From Thermodesulfobacteriota bacterium (GTDB lineage Bacteria; Desulfobacterota; BSN033; UBA1163), in contig JBAVGF010000028.1 of assembly GCA_049684675.1 (NCBI GenBank), positions 341 to 64,340 of the forward strand: 64,000 nt of DNA. Reading direction: 5' to 3'. Position 1 is the stretch's first letter. Each line of letters begins with the position of its first letter. The translations under genes were made by a program, and so were the position numbers. Shown here piece after piece: positions 1 to 8,838 of this stretch. The notes under the pieces were generated by a model. That model was not told the origin of the DNA. It saw nothing but the letters and a program-made list of their open reading frames with translations, and did no database searches.

Positions 1-895
1 CCTTGTCATCAAGATTGTGAATCTTGGAAATGTTCAAATTAATAACAAAGAAGTCCAATTACCACCGTAGAAGTATCGCAAATCGACAGAGTATCACTAC
101 TATTGGATCAACGGTGTGTAAGCTTCAGCTCCATCTGAAGCCCTCCTTATACTTAGTTTCCATCGATAATCATCAACTTGACGGTTGACTTGAAGAGACG
201 ACTTGTAGGTGAAGTCGCCAATTATTACCATCAACCTGCTTCAAAAAATTAGAAAAAGGAAAATCGTTTAGTACTTCCTGAAATCACCAACTCGGAAATG
301 TATATCGGAATACTAGATTTTAAGTGGTAATCCTTAAAAGATAATCTTCACAATTTTTTTCCCTATTGACAAAATCTGCCCCTTTGATAAGATCATGCTA
401 TATTTTTAAACAAATAAGATTCTCCCGATAGAGCTAAACCTTCCGTGAGAAGGGGACAGAAAGCGGCGGGTTTTTTGGGAAGAAGATGGCCGAGCTGCCG
501 AAGGATGAACCAACGGTAGATTCGGCTTTTTTGTTTGTCGTACTCCCACACAAAATGGCTAAGTATCGGTTTCAAATTAGTGAAGCTACTTAAATGTTAA
601 AAAAACTGCTGAAGGAAGCAGAAGAATCCAAAGCTGATCCAGACTGGGTAAAATAATAAAGGGAAACATCCTTTTCTTTCCAAGGTAGAATTAAGTGATT
701 ACCAAGGATGTTGTTATTGATGTTCAGCCGCACGAGGTACGAAGCATGTTGAATAAGAGACCTAGATAATACGTCTTAGGAATTAGAGAGGCATTTCTCA
801 GGCTGGGCCAACGAGCTGCAATGGAGCAACTGTAAAGGTTGAATTTAAACTGGGGGAAGGCCTGATGTATTTTTAATCAAACCGGAGGGAAAAAG

Positions 896-1879
896 ATGAA
901 GAAACTCCTTTTTATTTTATTCTTATTTATTTTCGCTTCCTCTGCCTCGGCCACTATTTACAGATGGGTGGATGAAAAGGGGGTGGTGAGCTTTACAGAC
1001 GACGTTAGCAAAGTCCCTCCTGATTATCGTAATAAGGTTGAAAAGGTGGATATACCCGAAAAGGGAGCCTCCAGCTCTTCCCAAGCCCCTGCGGGAAAGG
1101 CTTCGGTGAGTGCACAGCCAGCGGAGGCCGGAACACAGGCCCCTCCAATTGCTCAGACCATGATTCGTGAGGGAGAGTTTGCGGTCAAACTGGCTGAGTC
1201 ACTCAAGATGGGGCAGCCGAAAAGCGAGGCGGAGGCCGAGACGATGTTGACTTCGGTTGGTATCGCACCGAAGAACGGGTGGATTGCCGATTATCCCGTG
1301 ACGCCTGATATTATCGGAGAGTTGCAAAATGCTATCGGATCGGCAGTGGATTCCGGCAAACTAGGGATAAAGAAGGAGGCGGCGGTCAAGGCGTTCCAGG
1401 ATCTCAGTACCCAACAAGGCTTGCCCGTTAAAGTTAACGAAAGGCAGAATCCTATTGAATTAACTCCCGGAGAAAAAAGACGAATAGAATCAGGGGCTAT
1501 TGATGCTTTTGAGCAAATAATATTCCTTTGCAAAAGGGACAGATTCGATGAAATCTATGAATATGGAAACACGACATCCCAGGAGCAAATATCTAAAGAG
1601 ATGTTTACGTCAGAATGGAGACATTGTCCATTGGCTCTGTCTTGGGAAACTGTCCGGGACATCCCCGAGGTAGAAATAGTATCTCCGACCCGGGTTAAGT
1701 TGAAGGCAACCCTGGGCTTTAGAGGACCATTTTTCAAAACCTATTTTCACACACAAATCTTTGAGATGACATTAGAGAAAGGTGAGTGGCGAATAGATTT
1801 AAGTTACCCATTGGGTATTGAGGAGGGACAGCAGTATAACGAACCAAAACATTTCAGGCACCGCCCTTTTATTAAATAG
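896..1879 (+). CDS. Secreted protein with a DUF4124-like N-terminus and a ~100-aa domain shared with ORF 61769-62929
   Basis: 327-aa ORF with an SD-like GGAGGGAAAAAG just before ATG 896. Signal peptide MKKLLFILFLFIFASSASA. The IYRWVDEKGVVSFTDD motif is typical of DUF4124. Residues ~85-180 align at ~65% identity with ORF 61769. Confidence 0.7.
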   Translation: MKKLLFILFLFIFASSASATIYRWVDEKGVVSFTDDVSKVPPDYRNKVEKVDIPEKGASSSSQAPAGKASVSAQPAEAGTQAPPIAQTMIREGEFAVKLAESLKMGQPKSEAEAETMLTSVGIAPKNGWIADYPVTPDIIGELQNAIGSAVDSGKLGIKKEAAVKAFQDLSTQQGLPVKVNERQNPIELTPGEKRRIESGAIDAFEQIIFLCKRDRFDEIYEYGNTTSQEQISKEMFTSEWRHCPLALSWETVRDIPEVEIVSPTRVKLKATLGFRGPFFKTYFHTQIFEMTLEKGEWRIDLSYPLGIEEGQQYNEPKHFRHRPFIK

Positions 1880-2053
1880 TGATCAGAATACTTAAATGTG
1901 AAAGTCAGGATTCAACCATACAGACACTGTCAAGTGTCCTGGTGACTTCTTCCCATAATTATCAAGCTTGAAGGTTAACTCACTTTGCTGAGTAGTAGGT
2001 GAAAGCGTCAGGCAAAATACCCTCCACAATGTAAATTTCATACTTTCTCCATT

Positions 2054-2767
2054 CTACTCTTTAGGATGTTTGGCTTCGTAGATGCGTTTTTTAATCTGTC
2101 CAATTTGTTTGGTAACCGGAATCTCCTTGGGACAGACCTCTGTGCACTTCCACAGGGTCTGGCACCCCCACGCCCCGTCCTTGTGATCCAGGAGAGCGAT
2201 CCTCTCCTCAGAACCCTCATCTCTTGAATCGAAGAGGTATCGAAAGGACCGGACCAAAGCAGCAGGACCGACATAGCCTGCTGTTTCCGGATTCTGGTTG
2301 ACGGGACAGGCTGCCGTGCAGCAGGCGCAGAGGATACAACGGATGGCCTTTTCAAGAAAGTGCTGCTGCTCCGCGGACTGACTTCTTTCCTGATCGGGCG
2401 GAGGAGTTTTTGCGATCAGATAAGGTTTGATCGAATTATATTTTTCAAAGAAAGGGTCGAGGTCCACGATCAGGTCTTTGATCACCCTGAACACCGGAAG
2501 AGGCTCAATCAAAACTTCCTCCTTAAAGTCCCTTGCCAGCTTCTGACAGGGCAAGGAGCAGATCCCGTTGATCCTCATTCCGTCCGATCCGCAGATGCCA
2601 TGGCCGCAAGACCACCGGTAAGAGAGGGTGGAGTCCTGTTCCCACCGAATTCGATTGAGGCAATCGAGAAGCCGGTCCATTGGATCGGCCTCGACCTCAT
2701 AGGTCCGGTAGTAAGGCTTCTCGTCCTTGTTCGGATCAAAGCGGAATATTTTTAATTTGATGAGCAT
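2054..2767 (-). CDS. sdhB: Succinate dehydrogenase / fumarate reductase iron-sulfur subunit
   Basis: 237 aa. Cluster motifs SCGHGICGSDG...C (2Fe-2S, Asp variant as in E. coli SdhB), CILCACCTAACP and CTEVCP. Lies directly downstream of the flavoprotein subunit. Confidence 0.9.
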   Translation of the reverse strand: MLIKLKIFRFDPNKDEKPYYRTYEVEADPMDRLLDCLNRIRWEQDSTLSYRWSCGHGICGSDGMRINGICSLPCQKLARDFKEEVLIEPLPVFRVIKDLIVDLDPFFEKYNSIKPYLIAKTPPPDQERSQSAEQQHFLEKAIRCILCACCTAACPVNQNPETAGYVGPAALVRSFRYLFDSRDEGSEERIALLDHKDGAWGCQTLWKCTEVCPKEIPVTKQIGQIKKRIYEAKHPKE

Positions 2768-2780
2768 GTATCTCTTTCTT

Positions 2781-2830
2781 CCCCCTCACCCTATCCCTCT
2801 CCCGCCAGGGGAGAGGGGAAAGTTGAGGGA
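2781..2830. repeat. Palindromic intercistronic element, copy a (CCCTCACCC..CCCTCTCCC-N4-GGGAGAGGG)
   Basis: Stem CCCTCTCCC / GGGAGAGGG (about 2795-2817) with adjacent CCCCCTCACCC. It is the reverse complement of the element at 58487-58527. It ends 14 nt upstream of the sdhB start. Confidence 0.8.
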
Positions 2831-2850
2831 TTCAGGTTTCGCTACTCTTC

Positions 2851-2885
2851 AATCCGCAATCTGCAATCCGACATCTGCAATTTCC
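2851..2885 (-). repeat. Heptanucleotide tandem array H1 (5 units AATCCGC AATCTGC AATCCGA CATCTGC AATTTCC)
   Basis: Read directly from the sequence. The array abuts the sdhA stop codon (2886-2888). In mRNA (minus) sense it reads GGAAATT GCAGATG TCGGATT GCAGATT GCGGATT. Confidence 0.85.
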
Positions 2886-4610
2886 TTAATAGACTCTCGC
2901 CTCGGGCTGGAATCGCGTGATCTTCACGGGCTTATATCTTACTTCAGGACCCTTCGGGGTTTGAAAAACGAAAGTGTGCTTTAGAAAGTATTGATCTGCC
3001 CGCGACGGAAAATCCTCCCGGTAGTGGGCTCCCCGGCTCTCCCTTCGCTGGAGTGCACTGAAAAGGATCAAATACGCGAGGTCAAGCTGATGGCCCAGCT
3101 CGAAGGCCTCCATCAATTCATAATTGAAAATCTTTCCCTTGTTCACAACCCCGATCTCTTTGTACCGTCCTTTCAGGTTTAGGATCTCCTCCATCCCCTT
3201 TCTTAAGCCGTCCTCATCTCGAAAGACCGAGCCATAATCCATCATCACAGACCGCATCTTTTTTCTGAGCGGATCGATTTTCTCTTGGACGGGATGGTTC
3301 AATAATCGGGCGATCTTTTCCTCCGATGATTTCAGACGGTCCTTTGAGAGGGACGGATGCTCGATGTCCTTGATCTTCTCTTTCATCGCCAACCCGCTTC
3401 TGCGGCCGAAGACGAGTAAGTCGAGGAGGGAATTGCAGCCGAGTCGGGTCGCACCATGAACCGATACACACGCGCATTCTCCCGCTGCATACAGTCCCGG
3501 GACGATCGAACCTTTCTCATCGGCCAGGACCCTTCCATCGACGTCCGTGGGGATGCCTCCCATCATATAGTGACAGGTGGGCACCACCGGAACGGGGTCG
3601 TAGACCGGATCGATTCCCGTGTAGATTCTGACAAAGGAGGCAATCTCCCAGAGTTTCTCCTCAATCTTCTCCTCCCCCAGATGAGTGAGGTCAAGATGGA
3701 CATAATCCTTTCCGCCAATCCCCCTGCCCTCTCGAATCTCCCTGAGAATGGCTCTGGAGACGACATCCCTCGCCGCCAGATCCTTTACGGTGGGCGCATA
3801 TCGCTCCATGAACCGCTCGCCCAACCGGTTGCGCAAAAAACCACCTTCGCCCCTTGCCGCTTCACTGACCAAAATTCCTAAGGGATAAAGCCCTGTGGGA
3901 TGAAACTGGACAAATTCCATATCTTCGAGTGGAATTCCCAGGTTATAAGCTAAGGTAAAAGCCTCTCCGGTGGTTGCATTGCCATTGGAGGTCGTCGTGT
4001 ATACCTTTCCGCATCCTCCGGTGGCCAAAAGAACGGTTTTGGCCTGAAGAAGATGAAGTTCTCCTGTGGCCAGATCATAGGTCACCACCCCCACGCATCT
4101 TCTTTTGTCCATGATCAGCGAAAGCAGGTAGTGTTCGGGATAGAATTTCGCCTGATGCCGCAGGCACTGGTCGAAGAGGGTATCGAGAACAACCCTTCCG
4201 GTATGGTCTGCGGCATAGCAGGCCCTCTTTACGGGTTTCTTCCCGTAATCCCGGGTATGGCCGCCGAAGTTCCGCTGGGCGATCTTCCCCTCGGTCGTGC
4301 GACTGAAAGGAACGCCCATGTGCTCCAGCTCATAGATGGCCCTCGGTGAATCCTTGACCAGGATCTCGACGGCATCCTGATCCCCCAGGTAGTCGCCCCC
4401 CTTGACGGTGTCATAGAAATACCATTCCCAGTGGTCCTCCTCCTCATTGCCCAGGGGGGCGGTGATCCCTCCCTGGGCCGCTCCGGAATGAGATCGCGTG
4501 GGAAGAACCTTGCTGACCACAGCCACATTGGCCTGGCCCACACACTCCACCGCGGCCCTGAGTCCGGCCAGGCCTGCCCCTATGATAACGATATCATGCT
4601 GGAAGATCAT
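2886..4610 (-). CDS. sdhA: Succinate dehydrogenase / fumarate reductase flavoprotein subunit
   Basis: [15 protein letters not shown] dinucleotide-binding fold and [10 protein letters not shown] (covalent-FAD His motif). Start is set at ATG 4610-4608 (MIFQHDIV), which overlaps the citrate synthase TGA (4609-4607) as ATGA. The track ORF extends to 4658. Confidence 0.9.
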   Translation of the reverse strand: MIFQHDIVIIGAGLAGLRAAVECVGQANVAVVSKVLPTRSHSGAAQGGITAPLGNEEEDHWEWYFYDTVKGGDYLGDQDAVEILVKDSPRAIYELEHMGVPFSRTTEGKIAQRNFGGHTRDYGKKPVKRACYAADHTGRVVLDTLFDQCLRHQAKFYPEHYLLSLIMDKRRCVGVVTYDLATGELHLLQAKTVLLATGGCGKVYTTTSNGNATTGEAFTLAYNLGIPLEDMEFVQFHPTGLYPLGILVSEAARGEGGFLRNRLGERFMERYAPTVKDLAARDVVSRAILREIREGRGIGGKDYVHLDLTHLGEEKIEEKLWEIASFVRIYTGIDPVYDPVPVVPTCHYMMGGIPTDVDGRVLADEKGSIVPGLYAAGECACVSVHGATRLGCNSLLDLLVFGRRSGLAMKEKIKDIEHPSLSKDRLKSSEEKIARLLNHPVQEKIDPLRKKMRSVMMDYGSVFRDEDGLRKGMEEILNLKGRYKEIGVVNKGKIFNYELMEAFELGHQLDLAYLILFSALQRRESRGAHYREDFPSRADQYFLKHTFVFQTPKGPEVRYKPVKITRFQPEARVY

Positions 4611-5791
4611 TTCGACCGCTCTTCGATGGGAATATACGGACATGCCTGGGGACCGCAATAGGTCCCCACATAATCTGCATCCGGACGATAGAGCTCGGGT
4701 TTGGGCTGGGCTTCGGCAAACTTCTCTTCAATGATATGGGCTGTCCAGCCCGAGATCCGTGAGACGGCAAAAACAGGGGTGAAGAGGTCTATCGAGATCC
4801 CTATCATATAATAGACCGAAGCGCTGTAGAAATCGACATTGGGGTAGATCTCTTTCCCCTTCAACTTTCTGAACTCCTCCTGGGTAGCTGCCTCAACCGC
4901 CTTCGTCAATTCAAACCATTTTCGATCTCTTAGACGATCTGCCAGCCGGATGCATATCCCTCTGAGGATGGTGGCCCGGGGGTCCTCGGTGTGGTAAACC
5001 GCATGCCCCATACCCATCACCTTTCCTCCTTTTCGGAGTTTTTCGGAAACCCAGGGTTTCACACGAGCCACATCTCCGATCTCCAGAAGCATCTTCATGA
5101 CCTCGCTATTCGCTCCGCCATGAAGCTCTCCGGAAAGCGCCCCCATACAGGCCGCGACGGATGCGTACAGATGGGCATGGGTCGAAGCCACCTCCCGACC
5201 GGCAAACGTGGAGGCATTAAGGGAATGCTCGGCATGGAGGATCAAACAGATATCGAAATCCCGCGCCGTCGCCTGGTCGGGAGGAGATCCAGATAACATG
5301 TATAAGAAGTTTCCCGCGTGGCTGAGTTCAGGATTGGGATGAACCGGCTCTTTCCCCTTTCGAATACGATCCCACGCCGCCACAAGGGCGGGCAGCTTGG
5401 CAATGAGCCGGATAGCCTTTTTCAAATTGGCCTCCCTCGTCTCATCGTGCAACTGGGGATCATGGCTCGCCAGTATAGGAACGGCCGCCTGCAGGATATC
5501 CATCGGATGGGAAGTCACCGCCATCATCTTCATGAATCGATAAACGACCTCAGGAACCTCCCTTTCCAAGATGAGGACCGACTGAAACTTTTTCAACTCC
5601 TCTGCCGGAGGGAGATGGTCATGAAGCAGAAGATAGGAAACCTCTTCAAAGGTGGAATGGGCGACAAGGTCACAGATGTTTAACCCTCGATAGATGAGAT
5701 TTCCTCTCTCCCCGTCGACATCCGAGATACGGGTATCTGCTACCTTCACCCCTCTGAGGCCGATATTCTTCGTTTCCGGTATCTCTTTCAT
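4607..5791 (-). CDS. gltA: Citrate synthase (short, ~390-aa type)
   Basis: Family-typical N-terminus [32 protein letters not shown] and catalytic-region motifs LILHAEH and GHAVY. Start is chosen at MKEIPETK (5791). The upstream in-frame ATG at 5863 is possible. Confidence 0.88.
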   Translation of the reverse strand: MKEIPETKNIGLRGVKVADTRISDVDGERGNLIYRGLNICDLVAHSTFEEVSYLLLHDHLPPAEELKKFQSVLILEREVPEVVYRFMKMMAVTSHPMDILQAAVPILASHDPQLHDETREANLKKAIRLIAKLPALVAAWDRIRKGKEPVHPNPELSHAGNFLYMLSGSPPDQATARDFDICLILHAEHSLNASTFAGREVASTHAHLYASVAACMGALSGELHGGANSEVMKMLLEIGDVARVKPWVSEKLRKGGKVMGMGHAVYHTEDPRATILRGICIRLADRLRDRKWFELTKAVEAATQEEFRKLKGKEIYPNVDFYSASVYYMIGISIDLFTPVFAVSRISGWTAHIIEEKFAEAQPKPELYRPDADYVGTYCGPQACPYIPIEERSK

Positions 5792-6013
5792 CCTTTTTTT
5801 GAACCCCCCCTCATTCTCCCTTAAAATTAATCTACCTCGCCGCTGTAAAAACATCAACGCCAAAATCCATTATAGAATTACAGGGAGTGGGTCTGGAAAT
5901 AAATAGGGTTCATTCCGTATTTTGTCTTTGAAAAAACCTTATTTTGACCGTCTCGCCCTCGCTTCTCCCTTTGGGGGTTGCATCGCAATGTGAATAAGTG
6001 GCAGAAATTCTGA

Positions 6014-6181
6014 GAAACGAGGCAGACAGCCGGGTGAGAGAGCTTCAGGGCGGCAACCTTTTACACGTGAGATTGAGCCGTCCGGATTCCATGAGACGAT
6101 TCCATTTTCCACATGCACCGATTAGCCATTCCTAAAAGACCGCATTCTAAAGCTATGGAATCCGGCTGTTGTCCCGTTTTT
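6014..6181 (+). repeat. Long imperfect-hairpin element, copy 1 (candidate structured RNA or MITE)
   Basis: The 5' arm GGCAGACAGCCGG..AGCTTCAGGGCGG pairs with the 3' arm CCGCATTCTAAAGCT..CCGGCTGTTGTCC. Internal GGCGGCAACCTT at 6049-6060. About 85% identical to 26609-26771. Ends in T5. Confidence 0.75.
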
Positions 6182-6227
6182 AGCGACTGTAGTGCATCCA
6201 ACACTTCTTTACATTATTTCTCAAGCC

Positions 6228-6294
6228 GTCATTCCCGCTAAAGCGGGAATCCAGTTGAAAAAAAGACTGGATTCCGGATCAAGTCCGGAATGAC
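6228..6294. repeat. Compound palindromic repeat (GTCATTCCCGC-TAAA-GCGGGAAT ... ATTCCGGA-TCAAG-TCCGGAATGAC)
   Basis: Two adjacent hairpins are closed by GTCATTCC / GGAATGAC. This resembles the widespread CATTCCCGC..GCGGGAATC intergenic repeat class. Confidence 0.6.
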
Positions 6295-6412
6295 AAACAA
6301 AGTAAAGGGACTTTTGACGCACTATTACCTCCATGCTAGGTTCAGGGCCTGCGCGTAGGCAGTCGTGAAAGAAGCATTCATTACGGAATTGGGGATGCCT
6401 CCAAAGGAGGCT

Positions 6413-8356
6413 TTAGGATTGACGTTTTATTGCAGATGAAGCGGTATGGTTCAGCAACCCTCCGGCCAGGAGGATCTCCGTTTCTCTCCGGTTGAGCCCG
6501 TGCAAAGCTTCAAAGGATCTCTTCTGTGTCTCGTTTTCAATCGTGAGAGAACCGCCGGGCGTCAGTCCTTTCCGTAGATTCGTGATCCGGAGGATATCTC
6601 CCTGCTGAATCCTTAAAAACTCATCAGGATCTTTAAAGGTCAGAGGAAGAATTCCAAAATTGATCAGATTGGAACGATGGATGCGGGCATAGGATTTCGT
6701 TAGGATGACTTTGATCCCGAGGTACATCGGAGCCAGAGCGGCGTGCTCCCGGCTCGAACCCTGTCCATAATTTTCACCTCCCACCACAAATCCGCCTTCC
6801 AATTGCCTTGCCCTCTTGGCAAACTGGGCATCAATCCTTTCGAAGAGATATTCCGAAATGGCAGGGATATTGGATCGGAGAGGAAGGACCCTGGCCCCGG
6901 CAGGAAGGATATCATCGGTGGTAATATTGTCCCCCACTTTCAAAATAACCGAACCCTCCATCAAATCCTCCAACGGGCCGCGAAGGGGCAAAGGCTTGAT
7001 ATTGGGCCCCCGCTCGACCACCACTTTTTCCGGCCTTGAAGAGGGGGAAAGGATGAGACCGTCATCGATTAAGAATTTTGGAGGCATAGGGACACGAGGC
7101 GGTTTCGGGCCCAATTTTCTGGGATCAGTGATGGATCCCTTCAAGGCGCAGGCGGCGGCCACATAGGGACTTGCCAGATAGACCTGATCCTCAGGCGTTC
7201 CGCTCCGGCCCGGAAAGTTCCGGTTCATTGTCCGGATGGAAACGGCACGAGGCGGAGGAGCCTGCCCCATCCCGATGCAGGGGCCACAGGCTGACTCCAG
7301 AATGCGGGCTCCGGCGCCGATCAGGTCGGCCAAAGCTCCATCCCGGGCGATCATTTCAAAGACCTGCTTTGATCCGGGGGTGATGGTCAGGCTGACATCC
7401 GGATGAATCTTTTTCCCCTTTACGATTTTCGCCACACTCATCAAATCGAGATAGGAAGAGTTGTTGCAGCTCCCGATGCAAACCTGTCTGACTTCTTTTC
7501 CATCCACTTCTCTGACGGGACAGACCCTGTCCGGGCTGGAGGGCCGAGCGATGAGTGGCTCTAACTCGTTGACGTCGATTTCAACGACTTGATCGTATTC
7601 CGCATCTTTATCCGGCTCGAGGGGGATCCAGTCTTTCTTCCTGCCCTGGGCCTTCAGAAACTCGAGCGTTTTTCCGTCGCTTGGGAAGATCGTGGTGGTT
7701 GCCCCCAGTTCCGCCCCCAGATTGGCAATCGTTGCCCTTTCCGGGATGGAGAGCCTCTTCACTCCCGGCCCTCCGAATTCAAAAATCTTTCCCACCCCTC
7801 CTCTGACGCTAGATCGTCTCAGCAGCTCCAACATGATATCTTTTGAGGCAACCCAGGGAGGAAGCTTGCCCTTCAAACTCACCAACACAATTTGGGGCAT
7901 CTTGAGATAGTAAGGCTCGCCCGCCATGGCCAGGGCAACATCCAGCCCCCCCACCCCGACGGCGATCATCCCCATTGCACCGGCGTTGGGAGTATGGCTA
8001 TCCGAACCCAGAAGGGTCTCTCCGGGCTTTGTAAATCGTTCCAAATGGACCTGATGGCAGATGCCATTGCCGGGTTTGGAAAAGAAGACCCCGTATTTTG
8101 CGGCAAAGGTTTGCAGGAATCGGTGGTCGTCCGCATTCTCAAATCCGGTCTGAAGCATATTGTGGTCCACATAGCTGATCGAGAACTTGGTCCTGACCCT
8201 CGGGATCCCTAGGGCCTCAAATTGAAGGTAGGCCATCGTCCCCGTGGCATCCTGCGTGAGGGTTTGGTCAACCGAAATGGCAATGTCTTCATGAAGCGTT
8301 AATCTTCCGCTGATCAGATGCGTCTCAAAAATTTTTTGTACAAGATTCTTACCCAT
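6413..8356 (-). CDS. acn: Aconitate hydratase (647-aa short form)
   Basis: Fe-S ligand regions IGSCNNSS and ACGPCIGMG. Swivel-domain C-terminus GENYGQGSSREHAA. Begins MGKNLVQKIFETHL. Confidence 0.9.
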   Translation of the reverse strand: MGKNLVQKIFETHLISGRLTLHEDIAISVDQTLTQDATGTMAYLQFEALGIPRVRTKFSISYVDHNMLQTGFENADDHRFLQTFAAKYGVFFSKPGNGICHQVHLERFTKPGETLLGSDSHTPNAGAMGMIAVGVGGLDVALAMAGEPYYLKMPQIVLVSLKGKLPPWVASKDIMLELLRRSSVRGGVGKIFEFGGPGVKRLSIPERATIANLGAELGATTTIFPSDGKTLEFLKAQGRKKDWIPLEPDKDAEYDQVVEIDVNELEPLIARPSSPDRVCPVREVDGKEVRQVCIGSCNNSSYLDLMSVAKIVKGKKIHPDVSLTITPGSKQVFEMIARDGALADLIGAGARILESACGPCIGMGQAPPPRAVSIRTMNRNFPGRSGTPEDQVYLASPYVAAACALKGSITDPRKLGPKPPRVPMPPKFLIDDGLILSPSSRPEKVVVERGPNIKPLPLRGPLEDLMEGSVILKVGDNITTDDILPAGARVLPLRSNIPAISEYLFERIDAQFAKRARQLEGGFVVGGENYGQGSSREHAALAPMYLGIKVILTKSYARIHRSNLINFGILPLTFKDPDEFLRIQQGDILRITNLRKGLTPGGSLTIENETQKRSFEALHGLNRRETEILLAGGLLNHTASSAIKRQS

Positions 8357-8512
8357 CGATCACCTTTCTCCCAATCAAATTTAGCAATAATAATCGATGG
8401 CTCTCCAATTTGTCAATCAATTGGGTCACCCAAAAATAGACACTAAAAAAGACAAACTATAAAACTCCCATCCCCTGGAGGAGACTGTGTCTTAATCGAA
8501 TTTAAGTATGCG

Positions 8513-8686
8513 AAAACGGGACAAACAGCCGGATTCCAAAGCTTTAGAATGCGCACGTTTAAGGTTAGAGGTCATTGTTGTTGCCACAAGAAAGTAAGTT
8601 CTTTCCCGGCCTTGAAGTCCCTAAGTCTCATGGTTGAAAGGTTGCGCTCTAAAGCTTTCTTACCCGTCTGTCTGTCCCGTTTTTTG
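8513..8686 (-). repeat. Long imperfect-hairpin element, copy 3 (inverted orientation)
   Basis: The outer stem AAAACGGGACAAACAGCCGG ... CCCGTCTGTCTGTCCCGTTTT matches the copy 1 arms. GGTTGCGC (8640-8647) is GCGCAACC on the minus strand. Flanked by A4 and T6 runs. Confidence 0.7.
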
Positions 8687-8838
8687 GAATTTCTGACACT
8701 TGTTCCCATTACGACACAGTCTTCTGGCAGGAGGGATAAAAAGGGAGAGGGGGAACTGGATCGAGTCACTGCCTGCTTTAGGGGGTTATTGATAATTCAA
8801 TACTTTTTCAATAGAATGAGAAAGGGAGGAGGTGCGCA

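Noticed and set aside
2-70. Possible 3' end of a plus-strand gene cut by the left window edge (…LVIKIVNLGNVQINNKEVQLPP*)
   Set aside because: Only 22 codons are visible, with no start and no recognisable motif. It cannot be supported as a feature.
607-630. CTGCTGAAGGAAGCAG hairpin, which resembles the GGAAGGAAGCAG core of SRP (4.5S) RNA domain IV
   Set aside because: The flanking conserved SRP sequences (GGUC..AGGUCCGG, the symmetric loop partners) are absent, and the surrounding sequence cannot form the long SRP helix.
2851-2885. Heptamer arrays considered as a possible CRISPR or minisatellite
   Set aside because: The units are 7 nt with no spacers, each array is only 35-59 nt long, and there are no cas genes. 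They are not CRISPR and are reported instead as a distinct short tandem motif.
2727-2984. ORF 2727-2984(+) containing PLPPGERGK
   Set aside because: It is a translation of the palindromic element and the heptamer array between sdhA and sdhB. It overlaps both real genes on the opposite strand.
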